This document shows positions 1 through 12,109 of a stretch of DNA of 64,000 bases, one piece after another (positions within the stretch are counted from its first letter, which is position 1; the number at the start of each line of letters is the position of its first letter). The stretch comes from Curvularia clavata (taxonomy: Eukaryota), in the NCBI GenBank assembly GCA_023920165.1, contig CP089275.1, positions 2,914,001-2,978,000 on the forward strand. The letters are read 5' to 3'. A model generated the notes under the pieces. It was not told the DNA's origin, ran no database searches, and saw only the letters and a list, made by a program, of their open reading frames with translations. Made by a program: the position numbers and the translations under genes.

Positions 1-500
1 TTGGAGAGGGTAAGCACGACAACTTCTGGAGGGAGGCAGGCTTCCTTTTTGTTTGCAGACCCTCGAGGTCCATGTGGTGAATAGTTTTTGGGTAAGGAAA
101 GGCCCGCATTCTTTGTGCTAGAAACTTCACGCGGTAGGCCAAACACCTTGGCAGTAATGATTCGACCGCCATTGAAGTCAGTATTGGTAGCCACATGGCG
201 AATGCGGCCATAGTCACGAATTTCCTTCAGATGGACAGAGTCCTCGCCAACGATTACAACGTCAACAAGGTCTTTGTGACGTATGTTGGCAGGTAATATG
301 AGCTTACTCAAAGGAGTAGCGATGACTGTTTGCGATAGTATACCATATTCTGGTGTTCGAGGGGTTGGTGATGGTGGTTTTGGGATTGCATCTCGCATCT
401 CAACGTCACCCTGGCGGTCCCTATCCATGATATGATAGACATCGAGAGGCACGGACAACCACTCACCGTCAACAAGCCTGAGACCGCGGGCCTGTGCCAT
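1..500 (-). CDS. MMS1/DDB1-like beta-propeller protein (fungal 'thermotolerance protein' type), 5' part only, runs off the window
   Basis: Manual translation from ATG at 500 is open to the window edge: MAQARGLRLVDGEWLSVPLDVYHIM...PEYGILSQTVIATPLSKLILPANIRHKDLVDVVIVGEDSVHLKEI. This resembles the N-terminus of filamentous-fungal MMS1-N family proteins as I recall them. Absent from the ORF track because there is no stop in the window. Confidence 0.7.
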   Translation of the reverse strand, partial: MAQARGLRLVDGEWLSVPLDVYHIMDRDRQGDVEMRDAIPKPPSPTPRTPEYGILSQTVIATPLSKLILPANIRHKDLVDVVIVGEDSVHLKEIRDYGRIRHVATNTDFNGGRIITAKVFGLPREVSSTKNAGLSLPKNYSPHGPRGSANKKEACLPPEVVVLTLS

Positions 501-1142
501 GATGAATGATCAGGAGACGATGGCAGGACAGGAAAGTATTGAGACGAGGATGATTTTTTGGGCCGTGCAGGCGCGGACAAGATTTGCTTATGCTGAGATA
601 GAAAAAGGGCGCAAAGACACACTGTCAGAGAAAGCGCCCAAAGGCATATTGAAGCCTGTCTAGGCAGGCTAGCTTTTCAGACAGGGTTGATGAGGCAAAA
701 CGGTTTAGATGTACAGCAGCCGGGGTGTATTAGTGCAGTTGGCAGGCAGCCTGCGCAGACCCGTAGTGGCTGATTTCAATAACGGATACGACTAGCGGAA
801 TGGCGGCCACCCGTCGAGGCAACTGCATCTGGCGCTCGGATGTAGTGAATGAATATCAAGGGTGTGTAGTTGGCCAGACGAGTCTTTGCCGGACCGCAAT
901 AGAAGGGCGGGAGTCGTGCACGTAATCGAAGCGCGCCGTGTGCAACGCGGGCTGAGCGAGCTATTGATCGACTAACGAGGCCAGCAGCGGACAAGGCCGG
1001 GAGTTGAGGTGAATGGGTCGGCCAGGTTACACAGCTGCAGGCTCACGTGACTCGAACATTTAATGGTGGGGTGCCAAGCGCCTCGGTTCGACGAGCAATG
1101 GAAGTGCGACGCTCACACGGCAACCTAGCACCCGGGAACCCT

Positions 1143-1148
1143 ACGCGT
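1143..1148. promoter_or_regulatory. MCB-like element (ACGCGT) in the divergent MMS1-like/TBC promoter
   Basis: Exact ACGCGT, with further CGCG cores near 931-950. Plausible for a replication-repair gene, but the motif is short and could be chance. Confidence 0.25.
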
Positions 1149-1300
1149 AACCATCAACATGTAAGCCATTCACTCTTGGACAAGACACACCCGTTTGGCC
1201 CCGCCTCGCCTCGCCGCTCTCCATCTCCCTGCGCCCGTTTGCGCACACGGAACACACATTGGCTGCCTCATCCTGCCGACCTCGAGATGCCACCACGGCC

Positions 1301-2667
1301 ATGGCTACACCCACTTCCTCAAGATCTACATCACGCTCAGTGAGCGCGAGCTCCGGCAGTCTCCCCACGCGCCATGCCACGCCTGTCGCTACCCTCTCGC
1401 CGGCCGAACAGGAGAAGGAGGCATTGATTCGTGCGGCCATTGACAACGATGACGTCGCTGCCCTAGCTCATCTAGCGACAACGACGTATGGCCTTGTCAG
1501 CGACGGCCTGCGTCGTGCTGCTTGTATGCTGCCGTTTGCATTGCGTCTTGTACAATGCTGATGTGTTTAGGGCCCCTCTTGCTAGGATGCTCCGAATGTA
1601 GTGCGGCCAAGGAGCCCCAGGCGGGCCTTCCCGAGCACAGGGACGAGCATCAGGTTGCCCTTGACGTCAATCGGGCCTTCGTCTACTATCCCAAGAACGG
1701 TAGGCCACATCACGCCAGAATGAACTGACCTTAAGCGCTGACCCCTCTAGAATCGGAGAAGCAGCTCCAACAAAGAAAGAAAGACCTCTCCTACGTCATC
1801 CTCGACGTCCTGCGCCGTCACCCCTCGCTATGCTACTTCCAGGGCTATCATGACATTGTCCAGGTCCTTCTCCTTGTCCTCGGTCCCGAACATGCTCCCG
1901 CTGCAGTCGCTCGCTTAAGCCTCTTGCGCATCCGCGATTTCATGCTGTCGTCGCTCGAACCTGCCCTTGCCCAACTCGAACTGCTTCGGCCTATCCTTCG
2001 CGCTGCCGATGCTGCCCTATATGACCATCTTCCCAAGAGCCAACCGTCGTTTGCGCTTGCCGGCACCATCACCATGTTCGCTCATAATATACAGGACTAC
2101 AAAGACATTACGAGACTGTTTGACTTTTTCTTGGCTCGGCATGCTGTAATGCCCATCTATCTCTTTGCTGCCGTGGTATTATCGAAGCGGGACGAGTTGC
2201 TAGAGATTGACCAGGAAGACGAAGATATACTTTATGTCATGTTAAGCAAACTTCCGCAACCGTTTGACGTCGAGTTCCATATTGCCCGAACCGTAGAACT
2301 CTACGAAAGACTTCCGCCCGCCCGCCTCAACAGTTGGGAGTGGTGGCGCATCTCATCGTCGAGCGTGCTCAAGTCCTCTGCTACAGGCGACAGTCTCCGC
2401 CGGCTAACCCTGGAAGACGGCGAGATGTTCCTCGAACAGCAGGAGAGAGATCTCCGGCGACAGCAGGCTTTGCGACGCGCGGTCAAGAATGTCGAGTACA
2501 TCAGGCTACGACTTTGGTACTACCGCCGATACGGAGCCGTTAGTCTTGCTATTCTTGTTGGTGCGTACGCCATATGGCTCGGGCGCAACGGAGAAATCCC
2601 TGCTCGATACCCGCTTCTTGGGCCTTTGGGCCAGTTTGTGTCCAAGTGCCTCGGCGCATTGACATGA
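1301..2667 (+). CDS. TBC-domain Rab GTPase-activating protein (Gyp8/Gyp10/TBC1D20-like), 3 exons, C-terminal membrane anchor
   Basis: Exons about 1301-1523, 1571-1699 and 1751-2667 joined by GT-AG introns. Motifs LRRAAWPLLLG, QVALDVNRAF (Arg finger), YFQGYHDI (Gln finger) and RIRDFM, plus a hydrophobic C-terminal segment. Confidence 0.9.
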
Positions 2668-3833
2668 TCCCATGTCGTAGGCGTTTAGGTATAGTAAAAA
2701 GTGATTTGAGAGCATAGCAGGGTACTAACAGGCGGGACTTGTATGCATGCAGTATATCCATTCTCAAACTCTGAATAGACCGTGTTTGTGCATCCGAATC
2801 AAGTCTCTTTCCAAGAATTCGTCGAGATCTCCTGTTGTCGCTGTGCCTTGCTTTGTGTAACATTTTCATATAAAGAGTGAGTCTTGCAAGTTCTTAGTCT
2901 ACTCTTTTGGGACTAGCGCCGCTCGGGGAAGGAAGGGTCTTGTAACTCTGAGCGCGGCCACTTTCTCGGACCTATTCAGTGCATACTTGGACCCTTGGAT
3001 TTGTGTGGCTGCACTACCCAACCGTTTCTTTATCGTCGTGGAAAACAAAACGTTTGTAATGGCTTCAGTATCGCATTACAGTCACCTTCTCTCTCGTTGG
3101 CGTTTTCGTGCTTTGGCCACTTGCAGGATGGCGATGACCTCATAGGCCGCCGCTATAACGGTGAGACAATCGAGGAACTCGACGTGTTGATCAATCAGTC
3201 ATACAGTGTGGAACGAGACGAAGCCCAATTGCCTCGTGTAAGTGAAGCTAGCGAAGCTTGTGAAGTTTGTTCCCCATTGACCGTAATACCAGACATATAG
3301 TCTGTAGCAAGGACGCTGGCAGCAGTCTACTCACGGCTAAGCATATCCTCGGGTGAAAACGTATCACGCGCAGGCAAAAGACAATCGCCCTCTTGTCGCC
3401 ATTCTGCTGTATCAAATGTCCTCTATCGCATCATTGTTCCCGCCTAGACCTAGCCCTAACGCACCACGATATGCACCTCGTACTTAGCCGCAGGCATTCC
3501 CACCTATCCAGCCGCCTGCTGTTCCACCCAATAACTCGACGATCTAGATGCCACCCTGCAGCATGCCTGCAATCGAAGTTATTGTCTACTGAGTAGCAGG
3601 CGCAGTTTCCCGTTGCAGTTAGGCCACAGGGGCCCCGCAAGTTTGGACCCTGAAAAGACGTCACCCGCCAAGATATGATGGCATAGCATCAGCCGCCAGT
3701 AGTCCAGCGATGTGAAGAGTCGCTTACAAAACGTCTCTTTCACGTGCGGGCAGCCCTCTTCTGTCAACCGCATCTCTTCAGTCAACTAGATTTCTCTCCA
3801 ACACCAAGACTTCACTCAGCCGTTTATATCACC

Positions 3834-4478
3834 ATGACTTCGCGACCATCCTTCATGCCACCCACCGAGGGCTCTTTTCTCTCTTCGGGCAGCTTCACTC
3901 CCTCGGGCCTAACCCCCAACATGCGTTCCCAAGCCGAAGAAGCCCTACTCGCCAACAGCACCGCCCAAACCGACTCAGCAGCCCCTGACCCGCGTCTCCT
4001 CCCTCTCATGGGCAGCGGCGGCGGCAACGAGTCCTCCACCGACACCAACGGCCCCACCGAAGCCGCAAAAGCATACACGGGCTACCGCCGCCCAGGCGTC
4101 GTCCGCGCCAGCTCCATGAACTACGAAAATGCGCTGAAAAGAGCCCAAGAGGCATCTGTCTCATCTGACTTCTCCGTCGACTCCGAAGGACCTGATTCCA
4201 GCACCACCAATGGCCAAACTGTCGCCTCCCCAGCATCAATGTCGACGCCCTTTCCGCCTCCAGGCCAGGGTGTAGTCCCGCTTAACTACAATTCTCCTGT
4301 TGGACTTCCTAGTGGTGATACTCAGCATAAGAAATCGCGCTCGCGAGGCCTTAGTTTGAGTGGTCTGGCGCAGCAGCAGGGCTGGACGGAGCAGGATTAT
4401 AAGAGGATTTATAGCGCGGATTTGATGCAGGTGGATCCGAAGAATGCGGCAGGCTATAGTTCGGGCCAGACTGCGTAA
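3834..4478 (+). CDS. Hypothetical Ser/Pro-rich, probably disordered fungal protein
   Basis: ATG in ACCATG context at 3834, coding-like codon bias, single ORF. The C-terminus RGLSLSGLAQQQGWTEQDYKRIYSADLM looks conserved. No recognised domain. Confidence 0.7.
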   Translation: MTSRPSFMPPTEGSFLSSGSFTPSGLTPNMRSQAEEALLANSTAQTDSAAPDPRLLPLMGSGGGNESSTDTNGPTEAAKAYTGYRRPGVVRASSMNYENALKRAQEASVSSDFSVDSEGPDSSTTNGQTVASPASMSTPFPPPGQGVVPLNYNSPVGLPSGDTQHKKSRSRGLSLSGLAQQQGWTEQDYKRIYSADLMQVDPKNAAGYSSGQTA

Positions 4479-5015
4479 GTATTAAATTGTGGTATCTTTT
4501 CTTTCTCCGTTGGTAGTGGTCTGGATAGCAGACAGAGAGAGAAACCAGGTGCACGGGAGGTATGAAGAAAATTGTTCTGGGGCGGAAAATGGAGAGGCAG
4601 CTGTTTCTAATTTCTTACGTTTTTGAGACAAAGTGTTTCTTTGCAAGGCGTTAGGGAGGGATGAGGAAAGAAAGTTTGATGTGCTTGGCTTAAGGGTCGT
4701 TGGTCGACGGCTCTCTTTCCTTAATACATACGTGGCTTGAGTACTTGTTCATGATTGTTATGTGGGTTGAAAGCTCTGCGGCTTTCGTTGTGATGTTTGT
4801 CAATCTCCTTCCAACATTCAAAAAGTTGATGACCAAGACGGCACTGACACGCAATTCGTCATCTAGAAACGTTTTCTCCACGTCATTGAGTCAATGCACA
4901 ACTAGCCATTTAGAAGCAGGAAAGGGATTTCTTCTGTTGCAATCTACACATTTTATATACACAACGAATCTCCACCGAAATATCTACAATAAAAAATTCC
5001 AATGCTCCAACTACC

Positions 5016-7064
5016 TTATCCCATCCGATCATCCCACACACACTCGACATCGCCCCTCTCATCACCGCGCCATACCCGTTCGGGCGCATTCTGTGCTGCA
5101 ACTGCGCCTCGAATTTGCGTGCCTAGCTGTGGCGGCCCCGATCCAATGACTTGAGTCCTTCCGCTCTCGACTGTTCGAGTCATGAAATTGTCGACAAGAG
5201 CGGGTACATCAGGGCGTGTGTTGTCCAGCCATGTGATGCTAAAGTTGGGACACTGGGTGGCGAGCTCGTCGATCTGAGCGTCGATGTCCATAGAATCGAT
5301 GGATGAAACGTGTTGTAGGGATGCGCCGTCCGAGTCGCCGTAGTCCTTGTCTTTGCCGCTTTCCAAATGCTGGTGCCATGGCTGGTTTTGGTGCTGTTGC
5401 TTCCTAGTCTCGGGACGTGTAACGAAGATACGGATGCGGATGCGCTTCTGTGCGCTCACGGACACGATAGGCGCGTCGTCTTTCTTCTCGGCGTCGTTGT
5501 GATTGAAGCTCGTTTCTGTGCGGGTCTGGTTGAGTAGAGACTTGAGATAGGCGAGCTCCGGTGCGATCCAGGCGAGGTTCTCAAGGTGGCGTACGGTCCA
5601 GACAAGTTCGATGTTGCGGGCAGGCGATGAGTCAGAGAGTGCGTTCATGATGACAGGAAGAGTATAGGTGATTCCTGTGCCCCCGGAGATGGCGAGGATG
5701 TTTGACACTTCGTTGTTGACGATGGAACTGCCGTATGGACCCATCATGATGACCGGTGTAGAGGCTTGGACGCGCGGATAGCAGTTCGCGGCAGACTCGG
5801 CGAGAGCAGCGAGTTTGGCCGTCTCGCCCTTGCAGGCACGGATGATATAAGTGTGTTGCTGTATCGGAGAAGAACTGTTTGGGTTCGAGGCTGGCGTGAA
5901 TGGATGCGACTGCCAGATGTTAAGCGCGGGGAAAGTAAGATAAAAGTGCTGGCCGATTGCCCATGCGCTCTGCTTGTGAAAAAATGTCATGCGAATGATT
6001 GTCCCTGTAGGATCCTTGAAAGTCTCCATGATGGTTGGGACGGAGCGAAAGCCGAAACCACTACCCCCTTCTTTGTAGCCTGTATGAATAAGAAAAGTGC
6101 GAACACTACGGGCAACAAGGTCGAAACCCATGATTGCAAGCGAGGCAATCATCCAGCAAGACAACTTTTCCCAGTGGCCCCAGCAAGCCCCAATATAAAG
6201 ACCGGCGACAATGAGATGCGACTTGCGGAAGAACTCGTAACCCGTCCAACGGATAACGGGTCGGAGGCTGAAGACGAACAAAAAGGTGATGAAGCCTTGT
6301 GCAATACAACCATAAATCATATACTTTTGACTGATCCACTTGACGTAGGTGGTGGGTTGTGGTTGATAAAGCTTTCCTTCGACGATAGTCCAGATGATAG
6401 CGTGAACAAATGACTGAACAAGAATGATGCGGCCCGTCCAGCGGTGCAAAAAGTTGAAGCTTTGGTACGGAATACCTGTAAGCATACTAAGGACAGAGTC
6501 ACGGCTGCACAACGCAATGGTCAGTGGTGTGAGAGCAAAGGCAAAGGCGCCGATGCGGTCTGCAAAGCCACCAACACCACTGCGCGTGTTGTGCAAATCA
6601 CTGCCTTTGATGGGTGTAACCCATGTCTTGTACGTGATGCCAGCGAAGGAGAAGGCTGTGAGGTAAGCACAAAATAGTGCGAGAACCAGAACCTGTAACC
6701 TTGTGGTATATCGAAATATCTTGGAGCATTCAGGCATGAGACATCTCCGGACGACTGCTGATGCTCGTCTTGTCAGGCGATATATAAAGCTCTGTCGTGT
6801 ACCCTCTTGTTTTTGTGGGCGTGCCAATCGAAACAGGATAGTCAGGAGGAGGATAACGCCGAGAACAGCCCACATGATGAATGTGAAGACCATTGATGTT
6901 TCATGGGCGGCGTAGACGGAATCGAGGTATTCACAGGTTCCTTTGTCGTTGGTGCACGGCATTTTCCGAACCGCATAGCCCCAGTAGTCGATTGTATAGA
7001 GAACATCGTCGTCGGACTGAATGTGGCGAGCGGCCAGCGGATGAGAATGTGAATTGAAAGACAT
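5016..7064 (-). CDS. Ferric/cupric reductase transmembrane component (FRE family)
   Basis: 682-aa intronless ORF with multiple TM helices, heme-ligand His motifs (FNFLHRWTGR...HA; FFRKSH...WGHW), FAD motif QSHPFT and NADPH motifs GPYG and GGTGIT. Confidence 0.93.
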   Translation of the reverse strand: MSFNSHSHPLAARHIQSDDDVLYTIDYWGYAVRKMPCTNDKGTCEYLDSVYAAHETSMVFTFIMWAVLGVILLLTILFRLARPQKQEGTRQSFIYRLTRRASAVVRRCLMPECSKIFRYTTRLQVLVLALFCAYLTAFSFAGITYKTWVTPIKGSDLHNTRSGVGGFADRIGAFAFALTPLTIALCSRDSVLSMLTGIPYQSFNFLHRWTGRIILVQSFVHAIIWTIVEGKLYQPQPTTYVKWISQKYMIYGCIAQGFITFLFVFSLRPVIRWTGYEFFRKSHLIVAGLYIGACWGHWEKLSCWMIASLAIMGFDLVARSVRTFLIHTGYKEGGSGFGFRSVPTIMETFKDPTGTIIRMTFFHKQSAWAIGQHFYLTFPALNIWQSHPFTPASNPNSSSPIQQHTYIIRACKGETAKLAALAESAANCYPRVQASTPVIMMGPYGSSIVNNEVSNILAISGGTGITYTLPVIMNALSDSSPARNIELVWTVRHLENLAWIAPELAYLKSLLNQTRTETSFNHNDAEKKDDAPIVSVSAQKRIRIRIFVTRPETRKQQHQNQPWHQHLESGKDKDYGDSDGASLQHVSSIDSMDIDAQIDELATQCPNFSITWLDNTRPDVPALVDNFMTRTVESGRTQVIGSGPPQLGTQIRGAVAAQNAPERVWRGDERGDVECVWDDRMG

Positions 7065-7357
7065 GGCAATGAGGGGACGCAGCGCAGCTGCAAAAGAAAA
7101 GTATGACTACAAGGGAAGAAACGTGACGAAGATGTAAGAATGCAGCAACATTGGGACTACTTGAACGCAGGTGTGTTTAAGGTCCAAGAACATTGGCAAA
7201 TTTCTCTAGTTCCACAATATATTGCTCTTTGGCTTGTCTTACGTTTGACAGGATGCGGGTGCCGCTGTCAGGTTCCTTCGGATGGTACGCCCAATCGTAG
7301 CATTTTTGTTCATGAAACTGAGACGAGGTTGTACCCACCTACCCACTTGTAGGGGAC

Positions 7358-7819
7358 CGGTCGTTTTGTTGGCCGTATCCGGCATCCCACAACGACGTCA
7401 GCGCAACGGCGCATGGTACACCTAAAACATGTGCTGCAAAGTTGCAACAGATCAAGGATGTTCGTCACGTTGGTGGTGTTCGACAGCGTCGGCATCTCGT
7501 ACGCGTTGCGTGCGTGTGTGTGGAGGCATGGATGGCGGTCGAATCGGCGGCTAAGATGACTGTCGGCTCGCTGTGTCGCACAGCATCCCGCGTGAACACA
7601 ACGTCATCTGGACATGGCCAAAGGCAAACTGAGGACGAAACAGTCGACTGATGTTGGGATTCGGAGAGTTGTCGGTTGTCAACAAGGCGGCTTGCCGAAA
7701 AAAAAAGAAGGAGCCCCGCTTTTCACAGCCAACCCCTGCCAAGATGCAACACGGATACTCGGACGAACAATTCGCGCCCTAGCCAGCAGCAGCCACTTCT
7801 GCGGCCACGAGTGCCGCCG
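7358..7819. promoter_or_regulatory. Two CGG-N12-CCG motifs (AtrR-type response element) in the FRE/ERG3 divergent promoter
   Basis: CGG-tcgttttgttgg-CCG at 7358-7375 and CGG-ccacgagtgccg-CCG at 7802-7819. Motif match only. Confidence 0.3.
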
Positions 7820-7878
7820 TCCTCGCTGCTCACTTCAATTGTTATGCCCGCTTGCCTTTCATTGCATAGTAGTTAGCC

Positions 7879-8948
7879 ATGGACGTAGCTCTCGAATTCC
7901 TCGATCCTCTTGTTCTGGATAAAGCCTATGCATGGGCACTACCCGCCGCTGACTGGAGCCCCTCAAACTCTTCATACGCCACCCTGCCGGCCGTCAGCTC
8001 GCCGCCAACGTCTCAATGGCCACGCGACAACATTTACCGTCAGATTGTGTCTATTCTCATCATCACACAACTCGGCGCTACTTCTCTTTATCTCATCTTC
8101 AGCGCTCTGTCCTACTACTTCATCTTTGACCGCCGCCTCGAGTACCATCCTCGTTTCTTGAAGAACCAGGTCCGCCAGGAGATTGTGTCGTCCCTCTCCG
8201 CCGTTCCCTTTATCAACTTGTTGACGCTTCCCATATTTCTGGCTGAAGTTCGCGGCAAGAGCCTGCTGTATGCCAGTGTCAGCGACTATGGCTGGTCTTG
8301 GTTAGCCATTTCGACCGTCTTGTACATGGCCTTCAATGATTTTGCCATTTACTGGATTCACCGCCTCGAACATCACCCCAGCGTGTACAAGTACATCCAC
8401 AAGCCGCACCACAAATGGATCGGTATGTCTTTTGCCTTGACTCTCACCACTGCCTTTTTTCCCTTCGCTTGCGGGTGGCAATACTAACAAAAACAAAGTT
8501 CCTACACCATGGGCTGCTTTGGCTTTCCACCCACTTGATGGATTCGTGCAGTCTCTGCCATACCAGTGAGTATCGCACCACTCATGTCTCGCAGAATCCT
8601 CTCTAACATCCCCCAAGCATTTTCGTTTTCGTCTGCCCAATGCAGAGGTATCTGTACATGGTCCTCTTCGTCGCCGTCCAAATCTGGGCCATCTTCATCC
8701 ACGACGGCGACATGATTTCCGGGCATTGGACGGAGAAGTTCATCAACAGCCCCGCCCACCACACGCTGCACCACATGTACTTCACTGTCAACTACGGACA
8801 GTACTTTACCTGGGCCGACAACTACTTTGGCTCCCACCGGGCCCCCGAGCCATCGCTGGACCCTATCCACGATGCGCTCAAGGTCATGCGCGCAAAGGGT
8901 CTTGTGGACGAGCAGGGCAACCCAATCAAGCACCCCAAGAAGGAGTAA
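7879..8948 (+). CDS. ERG3: Sterol C-5 desaturase, 3 exons
   Basis: Exons about 7879-8422, 8499-8565 and 8618-8948. Histidine boxes HRLEH, HKPHHKW and HTLHH, plus motifs HPRFLKNQVRQEI, AFHPLDG, IHDG and NYGQYFTWAD. Confidence 0.95.
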
Positions 8949-11900
8949 ATTCACGCCCAACTACGTTTTTAATTAGAGGAGTCGAGGGAATTATGTAGAC
9001 TTTTAGACCTTAGTAATGCGATAATGTAATGCCGTTAAGAGATATTTGTTCAGCCAGCTGCCTGGATGTTGCGCTGATTGATGTCTTGTCAAACCTCCTC
9101 AGAAACAATTGATGTTCGCTACATGAGAAAGCACCAAAACGCCTTGTTTAGTAGGGTTCGTGGGCAGACATGTCAACAATCAGGTCAATGCGGCTTGTTT
9201 GTTGGTTCGCGGTGCTGGGCGGAGCGACCGGGTGCGTGCAAAACACCTCGAGAAGTAGAAGAGACAGTAGAAGTCGCTGCTCTAGGTATACAGCCACCGT
9301 CCAAAGGCTCAGCTATGGCGTCTCGCTTATTTAGAGAAGGGTCTTGATGCAGGGCCTCTGTAGTCGGCGAGCCTTAGCATCAGACTACGAAGTTAGTATG
9401 CCGCCTTCGTCTCTTCTTTGTTTGCTTTTCCCTTCCAACTCGTTCTTCTTCCCTTCTTCTGCTTTCCTTTTCCTTCGTTTCTGGTTCTTCACCTTGCGCC
9501 ATTTTCTCTTGTTTCCCCTTGCTTGCTTTTTTGTTCTTTTCCTTTCTTTTTACTTTCGTCCGTTTCTTTTTCGTATCCTCAGCTGACCCTTGAATAAGGC
9601 ATGCTTGACTCGAGATCTGGGACTAGTTACTTCTCAACCGAAGCACTTGGTAGCCCAACACCAACACGTCATTCACAAAAGCAGCCTTTTCGTCCATACT
9701 CACAGTGCTGATAGGTATAGTCTTTATCGAATTCAATTGAATATCACAATAGATTGTGCCTTTGCTTAAAGGCCTGTTTCTGGTGACTGTGCTTGAGTAC
9801 GAAAGTGATTTCACTTTTTTAATGCAGGTTTTGCGGAGGCTTAGGGGATCTGCTTCGTCTACACCGATCATACGTATCCAAACTTTTTACATCCTTGTTC
9901 TCTGATTAGCTGACCGGCGTGATTCAAAAGCGCACTGACGGATTTTGGTGTGGGAACAATGTACAGGTGTAGAGCTGTCAGCTGAGTCGTGTCAGGGTCT
10001 GAGCATGCCTTTTTTCTTTTTCTCATCTCCAACATTTGGAGTAGAATGAAGACGCAATAGTTCATTGGCCGCTCCCGAGAATTAGCTTATCGTACTCCGC
10101 ACTCACGACTCAGTGGACATGGGATAGTAGACGAGTCACCACTACGACAAGAGACCATAGACTATGATGAATCAATCAGCTGTGATTAGCTTGGGTCCGT
10201 GTTCCAAACATCGGGGATAGCTGCAATTGCTAACATGACTATGGCTAGTGCCTAGCTGGAGGTGAAGGTTTTGCAGTGCAGCTGTACATGTGATACTACA
10301 CTAGAAGACGCCCGCTCCCGAGCGCACAGTGGCATTGGCATTGACTACACATTCAGCGTATCAATACGAGGAAGAATTAGTAGAGGCCTAAATATGCATC
10401 GAGTGTGATAAGGTTCTGCCAATCTTATTGCATCTGTGGAGATTTGGCTGAGGCGGGAGCTCGGGATCATCGTTCCACCCGCGGCGAGCCCTAAAGGCCC
10501 AGAGTATTGTTAGTTACGTGCTATGCGTAGCTTAATCGCACATCATATCAGATAATGGTTACTGGGTTGTTCAGAAGGATATGCGACCCCCCTTAATCTA
10601 GAAAGCTAGCTTACTTCTTGGGCAAATGCCGCTGGCCACTAGATTTTGAAAGTCTTGGATATATCCCAACGCCACCGCATTCTATTCGCAGTTTCCTTCG
10701 CGAGGTTCTCGGATGTGGGCAGTAGACTAGCCCTTTTCACTGTATATAAGGTAAATACGATGGATGTCTCATGGCACGTTTCGGCCCATGATCCGGAGAC
10801 ATCCTAGTCAAGGCCCCCAAAATGGACACAAATTGCGAAGATGCTTGTAGACTTGCAGATGACATGAGTAATGACAAGACTATATTCTCAATATCAAACC
10901 ATTAAGCACTGAAGGCACAAGGAAAATTGCCTTGGTCCCAAACTTCAGATACCGACATGGGTGCTATAATGACGGGATTGCGAAGCTGCTCCCCCCAACG
11001 GTTCGCTGCACTGTGTGCATCATGCGGAATGACTTCGGTGAGATCGCGTTTGCGTAATGGCCAGGGACACGCGCCGCACCGTATCCGCGTGCGCCATGCT
11101 CGGGTTCGGGTAACGGTGCAAAAGGCACGAGCTTCACCTGGAACGACGAGGCTGTGCAGTCCTCGTTAAGAAAAAGGCATACCCCAGAAAAATGATAGCT
11201 ATGCAGCGTTGAAGCTGAAAAGTAGTGTCACATGTGTCCCTAATCTGGCGGTTGATTCCGGCATCAGATATCGTCGGTTGACAGCTCCAGCCACTGAACT
11301 GCTACCATACGATCAGTGGGACCACGATCGTTTCAGTCCTTGTCGTTCACGTCGACTACAATACTCGATCGCGATACTACTAGTACCAGTGCGTCATGTC
11401 AACACGTGGTCATGCCGCTGGTCCAGGGTGAAGGCTGATGAGGCGAGGCGTGACGCGGCAATCTAGATTCATGGGCATGCGGAATGCAGGAGACAGGAAC
11501 CGGATGCATCACGTGACTGTCTATCTTAGCCCGCATCCTTCGCATTCATGCTCCCGACTCGTTCATGATGCATTTGTATCTTTCAGCTAGAACCCTCGGT
11601 TGGGTCGCTATTTGTTGGTACAGTGGCTTCATTGCTGTACCTATGCACCACTAGACGCGGCACCAGGGTATTCTCGCCTCGCAACCCGTGCTGAGAAACT
11701 TCGCGCCACGGCGAGCTGGCTACTCACATGGCCAAGATACAAACCACATGCATGAAGCCATCCAGACTCTCCTGCTTGGATCAGCATTTGCGCCTGTTCC
11801 AATGGGAATAGACAACCGCACCCGGCCAAGCGCCTCACAGCGGGGAAGCGGACTCGTCGGCGGTATTCCAGACGGAATCCCTCCGAGCCGTATCTCCAGC

Positions 11901-12109
11901 CGCAGCTAAGCCTCGAAAGGGTTGCGAGATGAACTTTGTGTACGCCATATGATTGATCGCTAGCAACCTGATTCGGGTGGCGTTCACGCCCCCTTCAGCG
12001 CCAATGTTTGACCTGTCTTGGGCCATTTTCCGCATCGCTGAAATGCCTTGAACCTCCTGCCACCTGGTTGCACTCGCAGCAAGCAACCATCACTACCGCC
12101 GGCAGCACC

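Noticed and set aside
5766..6413. Long antisense or alternative-frame ORFs over real genes (also e.g. 8502-8960, 19885-20355, 43518-44153)
   Set aside because: They are shadows of codon-biased genes on the opposite strand and have no domain-like content.
10068..10322. Repeated 11-mer CCGCTCCCGAG about 240 bp apart
   Set aside because: Too short, only two copies, with no array structure or element boundaries. Not a CRISPR, LTR or TIR signal.
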